Assembly (NCBI GenBank): GCA_004431415.1
Contig: QPMI01000126.1
Coordinates: 5,442-69,441 of the forward strand
Direction: 5' to 3'
Length of the DNA: 64,000 nucleotides
Origin: Cyanophora paradoxa CCMP329
Lineage: Eukaryota > Plantae > Glaucophyta
This document shows positions 12,001-22,311 of this stretch, one piece after another. A program made the translations under genes and the position numbers. The notes under the pieces are model-generated. The model was not told the origin of the DNA. It saw nothing but the letters and a program-made list of their open reading frames with translations, and did no database searches. Position 1 is the first letter of the stretch, and each line of letters opens with the position of its first letter.

Positions 12001-13510
12001 ATTTGAAGCGCTGCGACCTGTGCGCGTTAGAAGCTTCAGCCCGAGAAAGGAGCGCTCACAGGCTGAAGCATGCACTTCGCACCGTCACGGGACTCTCTCG
12101 CCTGTCTCCCTCCGCGGCCGACATCAGCAGGCGCGGCAGGCCTAGGTTCGCTGCTGCTGAAAGCCGCTGCTAAATTTCAAAGCCCCGGCCGCTCTGTACG
12201 TACGTGCTGTCGCCGCGCTTTTGAATTCGATGCCTAGACGTTCTCCGCGCCATATGCATCGCTCGTGGAGCAGGTGGTGTGAACGTGGGCGGCGGTGGGC
12301 CTCGCCGAGTCGGCTCTCGATCGGTGGCTCGTGCACGAGCCACCCCTTTGACCCCCCTCCTCCTTCCCCCCGAGCGGCCTGTGCACAGGCCGCTCGGATT
12401 AGACTGTACCCCCCACTGGCTCGTGCACGAGCCAGCTCTTTGCCCCCCCCCATCCCGCCCCCCCCCCCGCCCCCCTAGTGGCCTGTGCACAGGCCACTCG
12501 GATGGCACTGTACCCCCTTGCAAACAAAACAGATTGGCCGGTGCAGCGGCCAATCCGTCTAAAAAAAGGCTGGTGGGCTCATGCTCGACTCCACAGAGTG
12601 CTATATTAGGGACGCCGCCGCGACCTTGTTTACAGCATGCGCACGAGCGACGGGTGCGTCTGGCTTCTCTCCCCTTCCCCGGCAGGAGTTTCGCGGGCCC
12701 GCTGCTGCCGGGCGGGTGAGCTTTCGTAACAGATCGTGCATTGCGACGGGCATCGCATCATCACTGATGCGACACTGGCGGCATGCATATGCCATGATGA
12801 TCAGGCCCTCGGCCCTGGGACGAGTGTCAGCACCGCGGCCACGCGCGGCAAGCGCGGCTCTAGATCTAGATCTGCGTCGACGTCTCCCGCGCCGCGCGCG
12901 AGCTCCTCGATCGGCAGCGCGCCACTCGAGGTCGTCAGTAGCTTGCAGCTGAAGCCGCTGCGGCAGCTTCAGCGTCGACAGGTCCATGACCAGGCCGCCG
13001 TGATCGTTCGAATTCTCAGAGTCTGGTCCACTAGTACTGGGCCACTTCGACGTGCGCGCGCGCCGCGCGCGGCGCTTGCCCGGGCGCACACTCGGCAAGA
13101 AGCGGGTGCGTGCCGAATGTAGAGGAGCATGTGTACAAGCACCCGCTGAAGAGACGTTGACGCCGCTCGCAGCGGCTCGGCCCCGGAGCCTTCATGTGTA
13201 CATGTTGTCCGCCCCGGCCCGCCCTCGCGCGATCGGCTCAGCGGCTGCCACACTGGGCCGCCGGGCGGCGGTTGCGATGAATGGGCTCGACAGCCCGCAG
13301 CCGGCGCGGCCCCTGGCCATGGGGCCCGGGGCCCCGCAGGAGGGACGGGCCCGAAATAAAATTGCTCTGATAGGTCCGGCCAGGCAGGAAGGTAGTTGCC
13401 CCCCTAGGCCTCTCCACGCGCCGCTGTTTCCAGCGACTCGGCCGGGCCATGAGGAGGGACGGGCCCGATCACGAGGCGCAAGGCTGGGCGGGGCTGGGCG
13501 GCCACAGCGG
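68..13510. repeat. Head-to-tail tandem array, ~2.76-kb unit, ~4.8 copies
   Basis: The anchor gtgtgcaagaccatgg recurs near 80, 2744, 5505, 8261 and 11020 (period 2756-2761; the first interval is shorter because copy 1 lacks ~90 bp). Copies 2-4 differ almost only by homopolymer indels. Copy 1 and the distal part of copy 5 (after ~12.5 kb) are diverged, and a degenerate unit start lies at 13241-13510. Confidence 0.97.
1296..1528. repeat. Cluster of five GTGCA(C)-centred palindromes separated by C- and A-tracts, present in every array copy (also ~4055-4288, 6817-7046, 9572-9802, 12323-12555)
   Basis: Perfect palindromes at 1296-1317 (22 bp), 1345-1372 (28 bp), 1391-1410 (20 bp) and 1451-1472 (22 bp). 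A 9-bp stem with a gtgcag loop lies at 1505-1528. Confidence 0.95.
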
Positions 13511-14048
13511 ACTGGCCTTTAAGATTGCATGCATATGGATCCCGGACTGTACATGTGAACTGTGAGCAATTGGCGAGGAGCGAGTGCGTTGCAATTGCAG
13601 CGCGCCTTGGGGTGGTACGCCCTGTACATGTCCGGATCCCGGAATCGCGAATTTCGAAGGAGGTGGGCGCGTGCAGTGCCCTGCGGCCGGGTTGCATCTG
13701 AGTTACAATAGTTTCTTGTACCAGTGTACATCTACATGTGTTCACCGTGCAACAGAACGACACAACTGAAGGGAAGTAAGCTTGTAACTGCAGCTAAGGA
13801 GAGAGGGCGAGCAAAGAAGGAGCACATCGAAGAACGGGACAAGGGGACGCCGTGACGGGTAGGGAAATGTGCCCCGAGGTGTGTTCGCTGGCAGGGGCCT
13901 CGTGGCAGAAGAAGAGCTCGAGAACCGAAGAGAGAAGAAGCGAGGCGGGAAAAAGGGATCAAAGGCAACCGGAGGCGGGCCGGGGGACAGGGGTCCAGGA
14001 GGGGGGCGGGGCGGGGGCGGGGGTGAGGGGCGGGGCGGGGGCGGCGGC

Positions 14049-16519
14049 TCAGGCGCCCTCGGAGTCGTCGGCGTCCTCCTCGGCGGCGGCCTCCTCGGCC
14101 TCGTCGGGGTCGACGCCCCGCGAGAGCTTCTCCACGCGCTCCAGGCCCCGCCGCGCCCCCGCGTGGAGGGCGTTGAGGGCGAGGGCGGCGTGGTAGTGGC
14201 GGATCGCCTCGCCGTACTCGCGCGCCTGCGCCAGCACGTCCGCCAGCTTCACGTGCACCACGTCCCGCGTGTGCCGCTCCGCCACCCCGCGCAGCCTGCC
14301 CTCCCGCCTCGCCCGGGGCGGCGGGGCGGGGCGGGGCGGGGCGGGGGCGGACAGGTGGAGGGCGGCGGGGGCGTGGCCCTCGGCGAGGTAGAAGTCGGCG
14401 AGGGCGCCGACGGTGTCCAGGTTGTCGGGGTCCAGCTGCAGCGCCCGCTCCAGCATCCCCCGCGCCTGCGTGCCCCGGGCCCCTGCTCGACGCCCCGCCG
14501 GCCCCGGCGGGGCGGGGCGGGGCGGGGCGGGGCGCACCCGCTCGCGGCCGTCCGGGGTGCGGGAGAGGACGGAGCCGACGAGGGCGAGGGCCACCGGCGC
14601 GTTCTTGTTCGGCGCGAGCGAGTTGCGTGCCACCTGTCCCCGCCCCGGGCCCCGCGTTTGGGGCGGAGGGGGGCGGGGGGCGGGGTTGGGCGGGGCGGGG
14701 CGGGGGGCGCACGGTGAGGGCCTCCTTGACCTTGCCGAGGGCCATGTACGCCTCCACGAGCCCTGCGCCCCGTCAGCCGGCGAGGGGCCGGCCGGGGGCG
14801 GGGGCCGGGGGCGCGCCCTTCGCAGAGATCATGTCCTTGCGCAGCGCGTACGCCTTCCTGCGCCGGAGTCAGGCCGCCGGCGGAGAGCGAGGCGGGCAGC
14901 CCGGGCGGGGCGGGGCGGGGACCGGTAGGCGGCGATGGCCTCCTCGTGGCGCTGGCACTTGAGGAGGAGGCGGCCGCGCAGCATGTGGGCCTGCGCGTTG
15001 CGGCCCTCCTCGAGCCCGCTCGCGCGCTCCGCGTACTGGAGCGCCTTCTCCCCGTCCTGCTTGAGGTCGCAGTAGAGGGCCGCCACGACCCACGGCTCCG
15101 CCCGCCGCGCCTCCACCCGCATCGTCTCCCGCGCCAGCCTGCCCGCCCCACCCCGTTGAGCCGGCGCCACGGCGGGGCGGGGCGGGGCGGGGCGGGGGCG
15201 GGCTTGTTGAGCTCGGCGGCGTGGCCGCCGGAGTGGAGGAGGCCGCCGTAGAGGTCCGTGTCGTCCAGCCGGCAGTCGTCCGCCGCGTGCACCTGCCCGC
15301 CCCGCCCGCCTCAGCCCGCCGCGCGGGGCGGCCCAGCGGGGCGGCGCGCGCCTTCTGGAAGCAGTAGATGGAGTCGTCGAGGCGCCCCATCATCGCCTGG
15401 CACTTGGACATCAGCACCAGCGCGTGCGCATTCCCCGGGTACGCCCCCTCCACCGCCTCGCACGACGCCAGCGCGCCTGCCGCGCGGCTCGGGCCCGGCC
15501 GGCGCGGGCGGGCGGGGGTGGGGGCGCGCTTCGGTACTCGTTGCGGGAGAACTGGAGGTGGGCGCGCAAGAAGGGGAGGAACCAGTCGGGGGCGGCGTCC
15601 GTGCAGTCGACGCCCAGCTCCGTCAGCCCGAGCAGCGCCTCCACCGCGTGCGCGTCCTGCCTGCATCCCGGGGTCGTCCCCGCCCCGCCCCGCCCCGCCC
15701 CGCCCCGCCCCGCCCCGCCCCGCCCCGCGCACTTCAAGACCTCCCTGTAGCACGCCGTCGCCAGCCGCCTGCGCGCGCCCCCGCGTCGGCCGCCTAGCGA
15801 GGAGAATGGGCGCGAGAGGTGCCGGGGCGGACGGGTCGACGCTGGTCTGCGCGTAGAGCTTCGCGAGGAGCATGTTGACGGCGATGGTCCGCGAGCGCTG
15901 CGGGATGCTCTCCAGCTGTCCGCCCCAGCGTCAGCGCCGCCGCGCTCCAGCGTAGCTAAGCGCGCTCCGCGCTCCCGCGCAGCGCACCACCGCCAGGGCC
16001 TCGCGCGTGTCCCGCAGCTTAAGGTAACAGTTGCACATTTTGAATTTCACCTCGCTCTCGAAGGTCGCCGTGCGATCCTGCTGCGGCTGAGCAGACGCGC
16101 CGATGCCGGGCTTGATGCCCTTCGTCGGATTCCTCGACAGCTTGCGTGTCTTGAGCGCGTTGCGGTAGTACAGCTGCGGCCGAAGGGGCTGGACGGGGCG
16201 CGACGGCGCCGGGCGGGCGATGCGGGCAACGCACGAGCGCTCTCCTGTACTCTTCCTTGCCGTACAGCGCGTCCGCGTACATGAGCAGCCAGTCCGATTG
16301 CTGCGCGTTCTGATCGGACTGCGGGGAGCCGCTGTTCTTCAGCGTATTCGCGCCGCTGAGAAGGAATGACCCCTGCAAGCGCATGAGACCGTGTTTCGGG
16401 CAACGCAACGCGCGGAGCGGCACCAGGATTTCCGCCGAGCCGAACAGCCCGGCATCGAGCAGCCGCTGCATTTCCACCTCCAGCCGCCCGCTGAGCTCGT
16501 GGAAGCTTGGCGCGGGCAT
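14049..16519 (-). CDS. APC7: Anaphase-promoting complex subunit 7 (TPR protein), multi-exon
   Basis: Spliced translation includes MQRLLDAGLFGSAEILGSFLLS, YADALYGKEEYRRAL, ESEVKFKMCNCYLKL, LESIPQRSRTIAVNMLLAKLY, TPR repeats and a C-terminal LERVEKLSRGVDPD followed by an acidic tail. These match the APC7 pattern. Confidence 0.85.
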
Positions 16520-16608
16520 TGCAGATGCTCGGGGGAGGCACAGGGCGGTCGTGCAGAGCCTGCCAGAGCCGCTGGCAGAGCGGCCGAGGGGGATACCGTC
16601 GTTCGAAA
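16520..16608. promoter_or_regulatory. Putative bidirectional promoter (APC7 / At5g03900-like)
   Basis: Only 89 bp separate the two divergent ATGs; TTCGAA at 16602-16607. Confidence 0.6.
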
Positions 16609-18982
16609 ATGGAGGCGAGCAGCGCTTTCTGCGGGCTGCTGCCGTCGCCGCTGACACATGCGGCGTGGTCTGTGGGGACTCCATGCAGCACAGCTCGCCG
16701 CCGGTCGGACCCGCCGACCCGGCCGCACGCCTTCACATACACAGGCCTTCCACTACGCACGCCGCAGCGCTTTGCAAGCGGTAGGAGGGATTCCGTACGT
16801 GCGCGGAGGTTTCACGTAGAGAGCGGGTCGGCGTCCTCCTTCTTCGGCGCGGATGCTAGCTCGTTCATCCGTGTGGCTCGGTTGGCGACCAGCCTGGGCG
16901 CCCTGCAGCTTGCAGGCAACCGCAGGGATGCCGAAAGAGGATTCAGATGCGTGGCCAGCGGCGAGCGAGAGAAGCGGGAGAAGAGGCAAGCGGAGGCGGA
17001 GCAGCGGGTCGTGCCGTCCGACGCGGTTGTCAAGGCCGTCGAGAGCCTCGGTTTCAAGGTTACAGACGGCGACGTCGCGTCTACGGCCGGTGCGGCCTCC
17101 CCCCCGCTCGCCCACGCACGTATGAACGACGAATCGCTTACTCGGGCCGCCGGGGCACAGGCCGGGAGCTCGCGGCGGTGCGGCAGGAGCTCATGGCGCT
17201 GGCGTACAACGCCGGCGGCCACATGCAGGCCCGCGCCGACGTTGTCGCCCCCCCGCACGCGCTGGCCTCCGACGCGGGCCGGGGCGCACGCGCAGGTGGC
17301 AGAGACGGGAGACATCGTGTACTCGTTCCCGGCCAACTTCCGCTCCGTCCTCAGCAGCAACGACCGCCGCGTGCGCTCCATCCCCCGCGCACTGCGCCCC
17401 GCGCGACGCCTCCGAGCGGCGTCGCAGTTCCGGGCGCTGGAGGTGTGGCGGGGGGTGTCGGGGGCGCTGTACAAGGGCGTGCGCGTCGGCTTCGGGGTCT
17501 CCCTCCTGCTCTCCATCCTCCTCGTCTTCGTCACCTTCGTCGCCATCAGGCGCGCGCGCCATCGAGCGCCGCCCCGGGGCCCCTCCCGCGCCAGGGCCGG
17601 CGCTGACGCGGCGCAGCATCTCCGCCTCCTCCTCGTCGCGTGGCAGCGACGACGATAACGACAGCGGCGAACGCCGCAGCCGCAATTCTTTCGTCCGCAC
17701 CGCGCCCCGCCCCGCCCGCGCCCCGCGCCCCGCCCCGCCCCGCCTCACGCGGCGGCGGCAGAACATCTCGTTCGGGCCGAGCCTCTTCGACTACTACTAC
17801 TGGTCGCGGCTCATGAACCCCGGGTGGGGCTCGTACGGGTACAGTTACACGGTGACGGACTACGAGGACGAGTACGGCGCGGAGGAGCGGCGGCGCGCCG
17901 ACCTCTCCTTCCCCGAGGCCGTCTTCTCCTTCGTGTCCGCCCCGCCCCCGCCCCGCTTCGTTCCGCGCCGGGCCCGGCGAGCGGGCGGCAGGTTCGGGGA
18001 CGGGGACCCGAACGCGGGGCTGGCGGAGCGGCAGTGGCAGCTGGTCGGGCAGGTCATCCGCGAGGCCGGCGGCGCCGTCACCGCCGAGCAGGCCCGCCCC
18101 GCCCTGCCCCGCCCCACCGGCCCGTCGCCGCCGCCCCCTCACCGCCGGCGCAGGTGCTGCCGTACCTCGACTCGCGGACCTTCCCCACCACGGACCCCCG
18201 CTCCTCCTTCTTCAAGGCCCGCCCCCGCCCCGCCCCGCCCCGCCCCGCCGTGCCGCCGGTCCGACGGCCGCGCAGTACGAGGACTACATGCTGCCGGTGC
18301 TGCTGCGGTTCCAGGGGCGGCCGGAGGTGAGCGAGGAGGGGGACATCGTCTACGTCTTCCCCGAGCTGCTCGTCAGCACGGCGGCCGCCGAGCGGGCCGA
18401 GCGGGCGCTGCCGCCCTTCCTCGAGGAGGCCGCTGAGGCCTTCACCCGCGCCGACGGCCTCCAGAAGTTCCTCGCGGGGGGCCTCGGGGCCCTCAACGCC
18501 GTCGGCGTCGCCTCGCTGGGACCCGTGCTCAAGAGCTACGCCGCCGCGCAGGCCGCCGGGGGCGTCATCGCGCTCGCCGCCTCCCTCCTCTGGCTGCTGC
18601 GCGCCTACGCCCTCGTCTTCGTGGCGACCCCCGTGGCGCGCCTCGTCCGCCTGCGCGGCGCCAACGCCGGCATCGAGCAGCGCAACGCCGCCCGCGCGGC
18701 CGCCGCGGAGGCCCTCCTCGACGACCCCTCCCCGCAGCTCCGCCGCAAGGCCCGCCCGGCGCCCCCGCAGCCCCCGCCCCCGCCCCTGAGCCTCGCGCCG
18801 CGCAGATGCGGTTCGCGCGGGAGAAGGCGCGGGAGGTGGGGGCGGAGGGCCGGCGCGCCGTGGACCGCAAGGTCATCTTCTCGACGGAGCAGTCGGCCCT
18901 CGAGCAGGACCTCGACGGGCCCGACGCCGACGCCGAGTGGGCCCGCCGCCTCGAGCGCGGCCGCAGCACCCGCGGCGAGTAG
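16609..18982 (+). CDS. At5g03900-like plastid membrane protein with probable transit peptide, ~10 exons
   Basis: Exon peptides include AVESLGFKVTDGDVASTAG, VRQELMALAYNAGGHMQ/VAETGDIVYSFPANFRSVL, a TM segment, FPEAVFSFVFGDGDPN, MLPVLLRFQGRPEVSEEGDIVYVFPEL and LGALNAVG. The Ser/Arg-rich N-terminus begins MEASSAF. Confidence 0.8.
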
Positions 18983-19049
18983 CCCCCCGCGCGTAGCTAG
19001 CTCTAGGCAGCTATAGATTGGATGTCACAGTGTTGCATATTCGAGAGAG

Positions 19050-20967
19050 TCAGGAGGAGTAGGCGGTGAGGTCGACGAGGGCGCCGGCGCCGGGGGCGGG
19101 GGCCTGCGGCATGGCGAGGAGCTGGAGGGCCGTCAGCTCCGCCTCGATGTCGACCGGCCGCCCGGGCCCCGGCGGGCGCGCGTGCTCCCGCGCCGTCGCC
19201 GCCAGCCGCTCGCGCAGCTCCGGCGGGGCGGAGGGCCCGTCGAGCTCCGCGAAGGCCGAGGCGGCGGCCGCCTTGAGGAGCGCCAGGTACTCCTCGTCGT
19301 CCACCCCGCCCCGGGCCCCGCCGCCCCGCCTCCTCCTCCTCTTCGTCGCTCTCGCGCGCGGCGGCCCGCCGCGGCTCCGCCGCCAGCACCCGCGCCAGCT
19401 CCTCCCCGCGCCACCGCCCGTCCTTCCTCTGCGCCCGCCCCTCCGCGAAGCCGTCGCCCGCCCCGCCCTGCGCCCCGTGAGGGGGGCGGCGGGGCGGCGG
19501 GCGCGCGCGGGGCGCACGGCGGCAGCTCGTAGTTATTGCTGACGAGGAAGGCAGCAATGCTGAAGCGCAGCTCCGCCGGCCGCAGCGCCTGCGCCGCGTC
19601 GGCCCGGGGCGGCGCGGGCGGGGCCGGGGCGGGGCGGCACGGCGAGGAGGCGGGCGCGGGCGGGGCCGAGGGGAGGCTGGTGAAGAGCTCTGACAGGAGC
19701 GCCCGCAGGTCGTTCTCCTGGCCGGCCTGCTGCACCGCCCCGCACAGCTGCCGCCGCGTCGGGGGGGGCGGGGGCGGCGGGGCGGCGGGGCGGCGCACGA
19801 GGCCGACGGCGTCGGCGGCGAGCTGGGCGGCCTCCTCGGCGCGGGGCCAGCGCGGCTCGGCGTCCGGCAGGGCGAGCGCCGCGGCGGCGTGCGGGAAGAA
19901 GAGCTCCTTCAGGGCGCCCTTGACCGTCCCCGGCACTCCGCCATCAGCCGGAACGCGTCCGACGCCCGCCCTGCGCCCCGTCAGGCCGCCCGCGGGGCGA
20001 CGGGCGGGCGGGCGGGCGGGCGGGCGGGCGGGGCGTGCCGGGGCGGGCGGCGAGGTCGTGGTGGAGGGCCGCGACGTAGAAGCGCATGAGGAGCACGGCC
20101 CGCTCCCGCGCCTCCTCCGCCGGCTGCCAGCCCCGCTCGCCCCCGCCCCAGAGAGGAGAAGGGCCGGGCAGGGGTCCGCCGGCGCACGAGTAGCGGCCGG
20201 CGCTCGCACGGCGCGATGGCTCCCGCGGACGTCGCAGTGAGCGCGGCCCTGTGTGTTGAACTCATCAAAAGCCCGATCCGCGCTCGCGGAGTCGCGCAGG
20301 GGGCCAGACGCACACAGCGCCAACGAGGGCGTTCCAGTTATCCGCGTTCGGCAGCTCTCTGCGGTCGCGGGCGTATCGGCCGCGCTCGAGGAGGCGCGAG
20401 CAATGCAAGCGCACGAGACCATCGACCACCGGACCGGACGGCCCCTTTGCCAGTGAGGCCCGCACGCCTGCGGCGATGTCAAGCGGAGGCGAGGACCGCC
20501 AGAACCCGGCACGCCGCACCGCTACCAGCGATTCATACGCTCCGAACGCGGCCTGCCGGTCCCGCGAGCCGCGCAGGGCGTCCAGGAGCCTGTCGACAAG
20601 AGCGCTGCGGCGCGGAGGACGGGTCGCCCGGGGAAGGAGACCTGCAGCGGAAGCGGCGGCGCACCGCGTGGGCGCCATCTCGTTGAGGAAGCATTGCGTG
20701 TAGAGGAATTCCCGCAGCAGCCGCTTCTCCTCGGCGAGCACAGGGTCGCCTGCGCTCAAGCGCCTGTGAGCTGCGATGCCGCGACGAGGAGCGGAGCCGA
20801 AACGCACTGTTGTGCACGTCCGCAAGCGGCACCAGGATCGATGCGACCCGCTGCGAGATTGGCGGCCGCTGGTCGTGCTCTCCGAGCGGGGCGGGCGCTG
20901 GCGCGGGAGGCGGCCGGCCCGGGGCAAATAGCGGGTGCGTCGTTGCTGGCCTGGGATCCGTGCCCAT
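19050..20967 (-). CDS. Hypothetical multi-exon protein
   Basis: Exons bounded by GT..CAG introns (e.g. EEKRLLREFLYTQCFLNEM, LVDRLLDALRG, ELRFSIAAFLVSNNYEL, DDEEYLALLKAAA...VDLTAYSS*). Internal frames are uncertain and I recognised no family. Confidence 0.55.
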
Positions 20968-21047
20968 GTCGAGCAGAGGAGTTTCGAATTGCCGGGTACG
21001 GGTACGGGTGTTTAGGGGGTAGACGACGAGACGCAGCGACTGGCAAG
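20968..21047. promoter_or_regulatory. Putative bidirectional promoter (hypothetical gene / RPL36A)
   Basis: 80 bp between divergent ATGs. Contains TTTCGAATT and tandem GGGTAC x2 (20994-21005). Confidence 0.6.
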
Positions 21048-21833
21048 ATGGTTCGTCAGTGGCTCCCGGGCGCTCCGCTGGGGTGCAATCGACGAAGCTA
21101 GCGCACTGTAGCATAGAGGCAGCCATAAGGGCGACTTCCGGGACCGATCACGCGGTCGGGGTGCCGCAACCTGTGCTGGCTGCCGACGGCGGCGCCCGCC
21201 GTGCTCTATGCATTAGAAGCTGCAAAGAGCACATGCATAGGCAGCGAGCTGGGGCGCGGGTCGCCGAGCGATCGCCAATAGGCGCCGTGCCTCGCAGGCC
21301 CGCGCCCGTTGCTGACTCTGCCGCGCACGACAGGTGAACATCCCGAAGACTCGCAAGACCTTCTGCTCGAAGTGCTCCAAGCACACCCCGCACAAGGTCA
21401 CGCAGTACAAGACCGGCAAGGCCTCGAAGTTCGCTCAGGGTGCGCTCGGCCCACCGCTCTCTCCTTTCAATGCTCACCTGCGTGCAGGCAAGCGCCGTTA
21501 CGACCGCAAGCAGAGCGGCTTCGGTGGGCAGACCAAGCCCGTCTTCCACAAGAAGGTGCACGATCTCGGGACCCAAAGCTAGTCCATTGGTGCTAAGGCT
21601 GTGCGACGCACACCATCTATAGCACAAGGAACATAGCTCCGCATCACTGTGCAGCCGCGCTGATGCCTGCCGCTCGCGGCGCTCTCGTCGTTGCGCAGGC
21701 GAAGACCACGAAGAAGATCGTGCTCCGTCTCGAGTGCAACGCTTGCAAGTACAAGCACCAGCACGCCATCAAGCGCTGCAAGCACTTCGAGCTTGGCGGT
21801 GACAAGAAGGCGAAGGGCCAGGCCACCTACTAA
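21048..21833 (+). CDS. RPL36A: 60S ribosomal protein eL42 (L36a/L44), 4 exons
   Basis: An ATG-only first coding exon (21048-21050, inferred) is followed by [102 protein letters not shown]. Confidence 0.97.
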
Positions 21834-22311
21834 AGGGTTTCGCCCCCGGCATACCCTACTGGGCCTCTGTTCCCGGAAACTGCGTTCGGGTCTTCGTCTG
21901 GGATTCGATCTCGTCGGCACCTTGTCTCGTGTACTTACGATGTCTCCATAAACACGAGCAAGGATCTTGTGCTTTTGGCCCTACGGAGATCCCGTCACGC
22001 ATGGTCTTTTTCGCGCGTGGGCTTTCTATGTAGCTGCATCGCTTGACGATTATAATGAAGGTGTGCGTCAGAGAAGCCTCAGACTAGCTATATAGGCAGC
22101 TCTGGGGAGGCCGCTAAAAATGCGAGCCGGCTTCGGACTGCCGCAGAGCACAAGAGGAAAAGGTCCAACGGAAAAGAAATATTAACGTCAAGACGACATC
22201 TAGGTTTTAATATTAATGAGCTTCTGAACCGAGAGTGTGGCCAGAGGGCGCGGTGGCCCAGTGGGGCGGGTACCAGTTCGGGCGAGGAAACCGTCGAAGA
22301 GAGACCATCTG

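Noticed and set aside
68-13510. rDNA, 5S or snRNA tandem gene array; protein-coding ORFs in the unit
   Set aside because: I recognised no rRNA or snRNA motifs. The ORFs are Arg/Pro/Gly/Ala-rich, change frame between copies and lack known motifs.
21051-21333. TPP riboswitch in the intron
   Set aside because: The conserved CUGAGA and pyrophosphate-helix motifs are absent, and the gene is unrelated to thiamine.
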